In this document: positions 13,901 to 24,402 of the stretch, piece by piece
Layout: each line of letters begins with the position of its first letter
Numbering within the stretch: position 1 is the stretch's first letter
DNA from: Macrostomum hystrix
Lineage: Eukaryota; Animalia; Platyhelminthes
DNA length: 64,000 bases
NCBI GenBank assembly: GCA_950097015.1
Contig: CATNEN010000038.1
Coordinates: 25,234,001-25,298,000, forward strand
Direction: 5' to 3'
Notes under the pieces: generated by a model
Database searches by the model: none
What the model saw: only the letters and a program-made list of their open reading frames with translations
Told to the model about the DNA's origin: nothing
Program-made: the position numbers and the translations under genes

Positions 13901-16478
13901 CTTCTGACTCTGGCGTTGCGTCCAATTGGGACTGCGGAATTGAAAATGCGATTGAGAGGTCTAGGGTTCGATTCCGCAGTCTATATAGTGTTCAGTTGAG
14001 TAATTAACTTGAGTATCCATAGTGACAATAAATCGGTCATATATTTGGTAAAAAAATATTCGCTAATACTACTAACTTATGAGTAGTTAAACTAAACATA
14101 ATTCAAGTCTTACTTTCAGCTGGGCAATATTGTACCGCGCTAGGCCGCGCATAGTTACACGGGGCCTCAGGTGATAAGCGAAATGTTCAGCCAGATAGTT
14201 GGCTAATCTTTGCATAATCTCGTCCTCCGGTTTGAATACTAGACTCACGAGCTCAGTGAGGGTGACGCATTGCTTTCTGTGAAAATAATGTTGGAAGCAA
14301 GATAATTAAATTATATGTACCACTGAATTATATATACCGCTGTAATTACTCATATTTTTCACAGATACTTTATACTTTAGATAGTTCACTTTCTATGACT
14401 ACAATTGAACGCCTATTAAAACTTGCTGTCCAGTAGCAAAAGTGTATTTTAATGTCTTTTTGCAACTCGCAATAAGAATTTTGGAAAACTAAAGTGCGTG
14501 GTTTGCCGCTAGACCAGGGGTTGGCAAACATATTAGCGTGCGGGTCAAGGAGAGAACCTAAAAGACGGCTGCGGGCCGCAGTGACTTATGAGAAAGGGGA
14601 GACATAAATCACATGATAGATAAGACAGGGGAGATAAGACAGGAGAGATAAGACAGGGGAGAAATAAGACAGGAGAGATGAGACATGGGGGAGATGAGTG
14701 TGAGAGATAAGACAGGAGAGATAAGACAGGGGAGATAAGACAGGGGAGAGATAAGACAGGAGAGATAAGACAGGAGAAATAAGACAGGAGAGATAAGACA
14801 GGAGAGATAAGACAGGGGAGAGATAAGACAGGAGAGATAAGACAGGAGAGATAAGACAGGAGAGATAAGACAGGAGAGATAAGACAGGAGATATAAGACA
14901 GGGGAGAGATAAGACAGGAGAGATGAGACATGGGGGAGATGAGTGTGAGAGATACAATTCAGACTACTGACAACAGTAGAAAAGCAGACTTGGCTGCAAA
15001 ACTCTCACATAACACAAAAAAAGTATCGCCATAAAAATGGCAAGCTTAAAAGAGACTTCTGTGCACACTGAGAGTGGTGGGAGAGGACTGCGTGTGGCTA
15101 TGGCCGACTGACGAAGGCAAACAAGCCAGAAACCGGTCTCAGTCTGCCATCGCGAGGTTTGTTCCCCACTTTTAGTGTGTTACAATGAGACAGGGGAGAG
15201 ATGAGACAGGGGAGAGATTAGACACGGGAGAGATGAGACACGGGAGAGATAAGACAGGAGAGATGAGACATGGGAGAGATGAGGTGAGAGATGAGAACAC
15301 TCGTTTAGGTGTGTTAATCACTCTCTCTAATGGGAGAGATTAGACACGGGAGAGATGAGACACGGGAGAGATAAGACAGGAGAGATGAGACATGGGAGAG
15401 ATGAGGTGAGAGATGAGAACACTCGTTTAGGTGTTGGAAGGGGCAACGGGCGGGATTTGGGAGCTTCGAGGGCCGCATCTGGCCCGCGGGCCGGAGTTTG
15501 CTGACCTCTGCGCTAGACATAGTCAAGGATTTGTCTTATGGCTTAAGTGCCTTAAGTTGAATTTGGCGTCAATAACAATCTGCAAGTTGTGGCCAATAAA
15601 AGTACTCGTAAACAAACGAGAGACGATGTAAACAAGTCAGACCCTGAGCATGGACCTATATATATAGCGTCTATATAACGTTATTTGGTCGTAAAAATAT
15701 AAACGGAGAACTAGCCGCAATAAATAGAAAAATGTCAATCATAATAACAGCGCCGATATGTATAGAAATATTTCTGTCACCATCAAATATACCCCATATG
15801 TATCGAAAAAAAACTATAAGGTCCGTATATTGGATTTGGTACGACATGCAGCCAATGAACACTAGTTTCTCACCTATAGAAATCCAAACCAGCCAACTGT
15901 TCTCTCTGAGCAGCTATTCTATCCCGATGCCAGGCCTCCTTAAGCGAGGACAAACTATCAAAGAAGTCCTCAGCTGGCAACTCTTGGAATAGGGCGTCAA
16001 TAACAAATCTTGAGCCGCATAGATCAACAGCGGCCACTAGATAAGCGGTGAGGGCGTCCAGGTATTCGCGAGTGACTAGCGGCTTGGCCAAGAAGCTGGC
16101 TAAAAGAAATCGTCTAGACGACTGCGGCGGCTCTGGGAAATACCGATGAAGTTCGGCATTGAGTAGGCAGAGCTGAGAATTAATGCACGAGATTTCAAAT
16201 AGAGTGTAGACACCCATGTAGGATACTGGCTGCTTCGAATGACTCTGTCGGCTCTTTTGATGCCGAGACTGGCGCTCGTTGCAATTGATTGTTAACCGAC
16301 TGTTCTCTTCATCCCAACTGAGTTGGAAGTCTAAAGTTTGCGGATGCTGCTGCTGCTGCTGATTTTGAGTCGGATCTATTATGACTCGATTGATTGGCAC
16401 CCAGTCCGGGTCCAACGAGTCTAATTGTTCCTCGGCTATCAGAGCCGAAGCAGCCGCGACCGCTCGCGAAGAATGCGC
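10957..16478 (-). CDS. WHAMM: WHAMM/JMY-family actin nucleation-promoting factor; exons 16478-15874, 14276-14114, 13931-13753, 13371-13131, 12522-12079, 11568-10957 (747 sense codons, no genomic ATG)
   Basis: All GT-AG junctions join in one frame. N-terminus EEQLDSLDPDWVPI resembles WHAMM EQPDSLEGWVPV; coiled-coil middle; polyproline; WH2 (EDMFAMIRRGVTLRRV); C helix (LMGEISNKLNAIRFAA); acidic tail. Confidence 0.85.
11810..12060. repeat. Degenerate AAAGTAACGGAC repeat (also 12545-12630), flanking WHAMM exon 5
   Basis: Recurrent aaagtaacg(g/c)ac units in both adjacent introns. Confidence 0.7.
12743..13057 (-). mobile_element. tRNA-derived SINE (family A), internal deletion, intronic
   Basis: Near-identical to 5826-6178 but lacking the catcgtcaggcagtgtacac segment. 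Confidence 0.85.
13426..13535 (+). mobile_element. tRNA-derived SINE (family B) head; family A fragment nearby at 13618-13668
   Basis: ggggg...agcctagtggttagagtgtcggact...ggttcgattct with A and B boxes. Confidence 0.65.
14515..15510. mobile_element. Non-autonomous hAT (Buster/Charlie-type) MITE carrying an internal GAGACAG minisatellite
   Basis: Imperfect TIRs CAGGGGTTGGCAAAC / GTTTGCTGACCTCTG; perfect 8-bp TSD CGCTAGAC at 14507-14514 and 15511-15518 with central TA. Confidence 0.88.
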
Positions 16479-17561
16479 CTTGAAATTTATTTAGTAAAAA
16501 ATCATTTTCCACGAATACATATTCCAACTACCCTACTTGATTTGACCTATAAGTAGTGTGTTTCAAATAGTGATGCCTAAAATGTTCATAAAATTAAATT
16601 TTGAGAAACAAATGTTTAACGTTTATTTTGCAAGCACCATAATCTTGTTAAACTGGGAGGTTTTTAGTCGAGTGGTACTGAGTTCGAATCCTAGCTTAGT
16701 GAAGACGAACAACTCGAGTCATTGAGCAAGGCACTTGATACCCATTGATACCCATTTACTATCACATTAGTACATTATTGATTTAATCAAATAAGAGAAG
16801 CAACTGAATCATGATTTTTGAGCGATACGAAAACAGAAAGCACGCTACTATCTATTTATTTCTTTATATTACTAAAAGTAGCAAACTGCGATCACATTTA
16901 CAAATTCTAATATTTTTTCTACGAATTGTAGTATCACTAATTTTATAAGTATGAGATATATAATATGCTAAAATTAAGGAAGCGTTTAAATTCTAGACAC
17001 GCACACACTAAGCTGTAAAGAGTAAAGCTATAAACGACAAAAGTGGTTAAAAACGTTAATCGTTATCTTACAATAACCATAGTAAGTGCAAAACATTAAA
17101 TTTCGGCAAGAAATTGGTGTTTAACTATGCTTTTATGAATTTCTGGTTACTGATTTGCCATTAGGTGACAGCAGACAATGATTAGGAGATTCAAATTTCT
17201 AGCCAAAATTCTACCAATAATTGAGTCGTTTAATGAGTGCATAGATTTTGTACTAGCTAAGGCAAGCACAGCAATATAATTTCTAAATTACTAAATAGCT
17301 TTAGATATCTGGACAGTTCAAAGTCAATAGAAAATTCACAGTTTTGTTTTTTTTATCAAAGCAAACAGACACAGCTAACTAAAAAATATCTGAAATTGTA
17401 AAGAAGTGCATTATTATCCTTGGGTTGTAAAAAATCTAGAAATCGAAAGAATTATATCTTTCAATAAAAAACTATCGAATATTATTAAAGAAAGAGCAAA
17501 TAGGGGAGCATATAAAATGATCAACTTATTGAATTAGCCGAGAGTAAAATTCTCTTTTGGA

Positions 17562-17772
17562 TAAGCCAATAGCTTCTAACTTTCAAGGTCAGTCAGCTTT
17601 CACTATGTAGGAGACTGCTAAAAATGATTAACCAGTTATCACGTGACTGCTGAGAGCCAATAGCGTACGACTTTCAAGGTCAGTAAGCTTTCCTTTTGAA
17701 GGGGAGACAATTATAAGTTAAACCAGCTATGAAGTGCTTTGAGCCAATAGCATCCGGCTGTCAAGGTCACTC
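17562..17772. promoter_or_regulatory. Three copies of AGCCAATAG...TCAAGGTCA (CCAAT box plus NR5A/ERR-type site, 12-nt spacing)
   Basis: CCAAT at 17566, 17657, 17744; TCAAGGTCA at 17583, 17674, 17761. Confidence 0.55.
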
Positions 17773-17991
17773 GCTATTCTCTGGAAAATTCCAGTCCAAA
17801 AATAGAACTTCTACTTCAAGGCTTAAAGGCTGATAATGAATCAACTGCAGAGTTTGGTGAGAAACAAATACAAGTGCGCATGTACCATTCTGATTCATAT
17901 AAAAGAGACCGACACAAAACGTGAAATAAAAAATTGAGAATATGTTTATCGAAAATTTATTAAACGATGTTAAATGTTAACAAAATATCGT

Positions 17992-20657
17992 TCAATCAGC
18001 CGACGGCATGCACTTTAGTCGCTTGAATGCGGCCTCCTCAAGGCTCTTGCGATGATCCGGGTGAGCAATCTGGATTAGGTGATAAGCTCGTTGACGAAGA
18101 TTCTTGCCCCATAGCTGGGCGATGCCGTATTCGGTAACAATGTAGTGCACGTGAGCACGGGTAGTAACAACACCTGCGCCTGTTAGTGCCGGTATTAATG
18201 GGTGAGATTAGGGATAGGGTAAGGTAGATCGAAAGTAGGAGAGGTTAGAATACGATACGAATACCTACGAATTGCCTAGAAAACAGAATAAGAGTACATG
18301 AGTTAATGATGGATTAGATAAGATAATAATATAATAATATAATTAGCAGATCGGAAGTAGATAAAGAAGATAAGGAGTGGATGAGATAGATTGGGAGTGG
18401 ATGAGGCGGATTGGGAGTGGACGAGGCAGATTGGGAGTGGATGATGTAGATTGGAGGTGGATGAGGCAGATTGGGAGTAGATGAGGCAGATTGGATGTGG
18501 ATGAGGCAGATTGGGAGTGGATGAAGCAGATTGGAGTAGATTGTGTAGATTGGGAGTAGATGAGGCAGATTAAGGCAGTCTAATACACTGACCCTCTTTA
18601 ATGAAAGGTGTAATCTTGGTGACGCCCTTCTTTGTAGCGGACTGCAGTGCAATGATTGGCTTGCCGCGACCGTCCGTGCCAAGGGCAGCGCCCCGAATGA
18701 AATCGATCTGACCGCCAACTCCAGAATAGATTCTGGGCCCAATGGAGTCGCTCACAACCTGGCCAGTGAGGTCAACTTCGATGCAAGAATTGATAGCCGT
18801 AACTTTCGGATTCTGACAGATCACCGAGGTTCGATTCGTGAATTGAATATCGCACATATCAACAAACGGATTATCGTTAATAAAGTTGAACACTTTGCTG
18901 CTGCCAATAACAAAGCCGGAGACAATCTTTCCGGGTTTAATCTTTTTCATGGCGTTAGTAATTGCGCCTGTTTGAGTCAGATCGACAACACCATCGGAGA
19001 ACATCTCGGTGTGAATGCCCAAGTCTTTGTGCGATCCAAGTTCAGCAAGGACAGCATCCGGTATGCTGCCAATGCCCATCTGCAGGGTGGCGCCATTCTC
19101 TACAAGATTCTGAGCAATCTGTTTGCCGATAGCGGCCTCTGCTTCGTCCATTACTCTAGCCGGCATTTCTTGCAGATTCTCAGGCATGTGTACAAAGCAG
19201 TCAACGTGCGACGAATGTATGTAGGCGTCGCCTCTTGTGCGCGGCGTCTTGGGATTCACCTGGGCGATGATCACGCGAGCGTTCTGAATTGCCGCCCTGG
19301 TGCAGTCAACAGAGGGACCCAGGCTGCAGAACCCGTGCCTGGGGAATAGCAAATTGGGAAACCAAAGATGACTACTTATAACAATAACAATTGCAGGAAG
19401 GCTACGGGCAATGGCACCCCATTTGGTGACAGTAGACCCGAAGCCAGCGAGGAGGCAATTCTGCCCATTTCGCTGACTCCTCAGCACACATGTTCTGTAC
19501 GAAGGCGCACACTCGCACAAGTGTGTACATCTGCCCTCAATGGCGTAAATTGCACGACAAGCCCCCAAGCCTCGTTCGCGGATGTGTCCTAAATAAATGT
19601 GGCCTCGCCGTGGAATCGAACTCAGGAACCTTGGTGCGTGAGGCAAACGCGTTAACCGCTGTGCCACTCACCCCGTAGGTGACAAATTGTAATTCTTTAA
19701 TGATGACGTTATTTAATAGGCTAATTTTAATCCATCATTAAAGAGGCTGATTCTAATTATTTATTGGGATTATTAAATACACCGATTCTAACCCGGTCAT
19801 AGGATTATTGAAAAGGCTGATTCTACTTCTTTAAGGGAGTATAAAAGAGGCAGATTTTAATCCTTCCTATGGTTAAAATGAAGAAGCTGTTCAATAAACC
19901 GTAGCAAAGCTACAAACCTGTCAGGCGGTGTCACCATGATTAATGCCAAGTCTAGTTTGATGTGATTTCGGCGAAATAGCAATGGAATTTCCGACAGAAA
20001 TATAGGCGTAAAATCTGCTCGGCCTTCCTGAATAGCCTTGCGACAATTCGACGAAGTGAAGAGCGAATTGCTGCGAAAGGTGCCCTCAAACTCGGGCTCG
20101 TTGTACCTAAAATTTTGGGACAGATGTTAAAAGTAAGTAAATTTTGTAAATCCATCATCCTATGGATCTGAAATAAAAATCGTTAATCGTTAAGTCTTTG
20201 GATCTGGGATAACAATCGTTGATCGTTAATTTTCTGAATAATCTAGGATAGATAATCGCTAAACGCTAATCCTATGGATCCGAGAAAGCCAGTTAATAAT
20301 CCTCAGGATCTGAGATTGCTAGAGAAAAACTATATTGCAAAAATCAGTTTCTGACTTGGCTGGTCCTTCAGTGTGAATGTGCATCAGTCGGATGTCCTTA
20401 AGCTTCCTCTCCTTGGCCACTTCCACCATCTTATCGATGAGGTGATTAGGAGTGGAGGCGCCGCCGTGGATAAAGATGTGCTGCTTGCTGTCCAGATGAC
20501 GCTCGAACGCCTGTTGACCATTGAGCCATTCAGGATTACGACCGGGTATTGGATGAAATGGTTCGTGATGAATTTCGCCGGCTAAATAATAGGAGCGCTT
20601 CAATGCTAAAGTGACACGACTAGATAGACCAGCGCGACTCGTGAGTAACAGCATCAT
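17992..20657 (-). CDS. Mitochondrial acetyl-CoA hydrolase / acetate:succinate CoA-transferase; exons 20657-20356, 20106-19918, 19338-18593, 18179-17992 (474 aa)
   Basis: In-frame GT-AG splicing; motifs HGFCSLG, TLQMGIGSIPDAVL, LGIHTEMFSDG, YSGVGGQIDF, GAGVVTTRAHVHYIVTEYG; Arg/Ser/Leu-rich presequence-like N-terminus; AATAAA at ~17956-17961. Confidence 0.93.
18345..18577. repeat. 20-bp minisatellite (GATGAGGCAGATTGGGAGTG) in CoA-transferase intron
   Basis: Tandem units. Confidence 0.9.
19375..19674 (-). mobile_element. tRNA-derived SINE (family A), internally deleted, intronic
   Basis: Shared head, body and tail; creates the false N-terminus of ORF 18570..19667. Confidence 0.85.
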
Positions 20658-20871
20658 GGCTGGCTGCCTGTAGAGAGAGAATCTTTATAAGATGACAACG
20701 CGTTTACATATTAAAACGACTACATAGTTACTACATAGCAAAAATCACTTACCTGAATTCAAATATTTTGTTTATCAATAGAGCAGTCTGAATCTAAAAT
20801 GAAAACAAATCTTGTTTTAATTAATTAGAGTTATATATAACTTTTATTTTAAAAAAGCCTAGTGTTATAAA

Positions 20872-20944
20872 GTGCATCAGAAACTATTAAATATTATCAT
20901 TTTTAGTCAATAGTTGAACATGGAAAATAATTACATCATCTTAT
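20872..20944 (-). ncRNA. Box C/D snoRNA copy 1 (28S guide CCAUGUUCAACU)
   Basis: C AUGAUGU 20939-20933, guide 20923-20912, D' UUGA 20910-20907, C' AUGAUAA 20900-20894, D CUGA 20880-20877; D box 82 nt from the 3' splice site. Confidence 0.8.
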
Positions 20945-21143
20945 GATTATGGCGTCACATTTTTTTACAGAAACAATGAACTAAAAATGTACTTATAAAT
21001 TAAGAAGCTGACTCACAGATATTTGAGTGATTTCTTCGAGATAAAAAGCTCTTCTCTGAAATTAATATATTATAGTATTCTATTAAATTTGATATACCTG
21101 ACTCAAAAGAAAAAAACAATAAAGGTGAACAAGTTGTTACAGC

Positions 21144-21219
21144 ATTTCAGAAGATATTTATCAATTATCATGAAGTACAGCTCAATAGTTGAACATGGAA
21201 ATAAATTGCATCATGAAAA
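21144..21219 (-). ncRNA. Box C/D snoRNA copy 2
   Basis: C AUGAUGC 21214-21208, guide 21198-21187, D' UUGA, C' AUGAUAA 21171-21165, D CUGA 21150-21147; short terminal stem; 90 nt from the 3' splice site. Confidence 0.82.
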
Positions 21220-21402
21220 AACTTACAAATATATATACATTATTAATCTATCTACTATACATAATACATAACTTACCTTAATTTAGTGAAGTGAAGTGGA
21301 CAGTGGTAGACAGTATCTAAAACAAAAGAAACATTACACATATTGGACAAATTTCAAATAGACCAACCTTATATAAGCATATATACAATCTGTGTATCTA
21401 TA

Positions 21403-21480
21403 CATCTCAGAAAATAATATGATAATTCTTTCAGCATTCATGCTTGCAGAAGTTGAACATGGAAACAACATCATTGGATA
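21403..21480 (-). ncRNA. Box C/D snoRNA copy 3
   Basis: C AUGAUGU 21474-21468, guide 21462-21451, D' CUGC, C' AUGCUGA 21437-21431, D CUGA 21410-21407; 89 nt from the 3' splice site. Confidence 0.75.
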
Positions 21481-21683
21481 ATACACAAAAATATAGCAAA
21501 ATAATTAAAACTTTAGTTGCACAAATAGATTTAAAACACGACATAATAATGCTATCTTACCTGTTAAATGACTCAATTTTCAAGATAATTAATTTAGTTT
21601 ACTCAGTAAAGTCCAAGATGTTCTGAAAAATCATGAGTTTAAAGCTGGATTAAAAAGTTTTTGTAATGGACTACTTAAAAAGT

Positions 21684-21767
21684 TTCTTAGTACTGTAAAT
21701 TACTTTTTTTAATTGCAATCAACTCTTGTTCAGTAGTTGAACATGGAAAACAGAAGCATCATTATAT
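21684..21767 (-). ncRNA. Box C/D snoRNA copy 4 (terminal D box apparently degenerate, CUAA)
   Basis: C AUGAUGC 21762-21756, guide 21746-21735, D' CUGA 21733-21730, C'-like UUGAUUG, CUAA at 21690-21687. Confidence 0.6.
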
Positions 21768-21934
21768 GTAAATAATTATTTCTTTATTTGTTACTAGAAA
21801 AACAATTTTATTTTCAACTTTTTGTTAGGCCTATAAAAAATAAGGCCATATTTTTACAATGTGCATATCATGTATAATTTAAGCCCCATTGGAATAAGTG
21901 GACAAAGGGCATCCAACTGACTATAATATGTTAA

Positions 21935-22102
21935 TAATTGCAGGAGGGCTGCAGGCAATGGCACATGATTTGGAGACACTGGACTAGATCCATTCCATAG
22001 CTAGCAAGGGGGCAATTCTGCCCATTTTGCTGACTCCTGAGCACACACACAGATACTGTATGCAGACACTTATATAGGTAATACACATCGGCCCTGACTT
22101 TC
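21935..22102 (-). mobile_element. SINE family A, 3' fragment
   Basis: Matches the 3' half of 5826-6178. Confidence 0.75.
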
Positions 22103-24402
22103 TTAGATTGTCCATTTCATTAGCTGAATTGTTTGCTTACAAAGCAGTGAAGTCAAGGCAGGCAGGCAGCCAGTGTCACGGCACTGTAAAGTGTGACACA
22201 GAAAGACCAGAGCATAGAATGAGTGAATGACTTTTTGGAGTTATCATGGACACCAAGATAGGGCCTAACATATTCCATATTGTGTTGCTTTTTAACTAAA
22301 AAATCTACATATTAGGCCTAACATGAAAGAAGCTAGACATTATTTATAATAAAACTTATAATACAAGTAAGCCTTAAAAAATCAAGACCTAGGCCCCTAT
22401 GCTATAATGCTATAATAGGCTAGTAAATTCAAAATAGCAAATACCAAGACGTCATAATATAGATAGGGGCCTAGGGCCTATTTATAACTTACATGCTCTC
22501 AAATATATGATAGATAAATCGTATAGGCCTTGTATATTGTAGGCCTATAGTAGGCCTTTAGTATAGTATAGGTCTCAAGGTCTGAGGACAACAATGAATA
22601 GATTATAAGTATATAACCATTTAAGCCCACAAATTATATAAAATTACTTATTAAAGCTACACAATTTGCTGTTCGCGACTTGATTGTGTTTGTACGATTC
22701 GGCAAGGTTATATGCTATAACCAAAAAGTAAATAACAAAATAGTACACTAAGATACGTGATTTTTTGCAACACGCACTACATACATGATTAACCTTCATA
22801 TGAACCTCTTAAAAAACTGCGTGTTCTATGTGGTAAAACAAACTTTGTTACATAGAAAGTTGGTATAAAGAAAACCCTGCTAAAAAATATGAAACAGTCG
22901 TTTTTAGGTTAAAATTAGTAAGCATGTAAACAGAAGTTTTCTTTATCATAGAATCATTTTTTGCGTTGCTTGTGCTTTTAACAAGACGATCTTTCAGTTA
23001 TTTTTTTGCAGCAAAAAACTGAAAAAAGTTGTGCACCAGAATATTATACTAAACATGAGCTAAATATCGTCTAGAGTTGTTACAAAGACTTACTGAAATA
23101 GAAAAAAAGATTTTTTGAGCATAATATAATTAATAAATTTTGTGACTTACGTCACTATAAAACTATTAATAGTGAAAAACTATGAGTAAATTAGCCAGTA
23201 GCCAATAGCTATTAACAACTTCTAAGGACTTTGCGCCTTTTAAGATTTTTGTTTGAACCGGTGAAAAGTTCAAAAGATTAGATACGATTCTTTTCATATG
23301 GAAATTTTCTCATTGATACTGATTTCTCGATATTTTCTTATTTTCATAATTGTCTCTAGGCAGTAGCCTGTAGGCACATATCAGAAGATTGTAAGGTATA
23401 TAATTTGCATTGCTTTTTATTTGAGCTAGAAATAAATGGCTATTACGAATACTAACTAATATAATAACTAATTAACACTTAATTACAAGAGGAACACAGT
23501 ATAAGGTCAAGCTAATTTTTCTCGACTGTAGTGTATAAACTTTCAAACTTATGATAAGTTATTCAGTAAAGAAAATCGTACATAAGGATCAATGTACAAT
23601 GTACAAAACTTAATAAAATTTGGTAGTGCAACATTGCAGTCAAGTTATATCAAAAGAACAGCTTTTTATCTGCTTCCATTTAAAAAATTTAAAACGGAAA
23701 AAGTGAAGATTTCCTATCTCACTTGTACTTTTTCGTAAGAAAAGCTGCTTTCATATTTTTTCTAAGAAACTTTGTTTCCCGTCCTTCGACTCCTAGTGGC
23801 CCTTGATAATTTGCAGCAAACTCAAGAAAAATGCTTGTCAGGAACTTAGCTTCAGTGGTTTGTATGGACTTGGACCCCATCGGGCAAACTAGGCGCCCCT
23901 GTGTGATTATTGGTGACCCCTCCAACTTCTTTGTATTTAACAGTCATTCTTCTGACAATAACTTATTATAAAGTTGGTAAATATTATTATTATAAAATAA
24001 TCCCTTAGAACGTGTTAGCGAGAAAATACTTTGTTTATTGTTTAAGAATACCATATCAACCATTAAAATACTTGCACTTGGTTTTTCATTGTCACATGAA
24101 ATGAACACTTTTTTACTTTCTAGTTACTATTGAGTATTGTAAGCTCAGTAGATCTAGAAATAGTTCTTATCATTTCTGTTTTATACTTTCGATAGACTGA
24201 AATCTATCATCCGTTTAAACCTATGTTCTGCCTAGATGCATTGTATTTTTTCGCTCAGGTTTCGAATAAATATAGTAATATCGAACAATTATAAATACAA
24301 TATTTTTCTAATATAATTTCGAAGAGCACAATTTTGTTTCCGAGTTTTTTACCTAAATTTTTAATTTCTCTCAAATCCTCAGATCTGCAGTTCAAATGCT
24401 CA

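Larger units (their letters stand above)
20753..21622 (-). other. Four non-coding micro-exons (21622-21561, 21316-21277, 21055-21017, 20793-20753) of a snoRNA-host 5' leader
   Basis: Each has a polypyrimidine-YAG acceptor and a GTAAGA/GTAAGT/GTGAGT donor; no AUG in 182 nt; the last donor can splice to the acceptor 10 nt before the CoA-transferase ATG. Confidence 0.75.

Noticed and set aside
19339-19667. N-terminal extension of ORF 18570..19667
   Set aside because: Intronic SINE read-through; the real exon starts at 19338.
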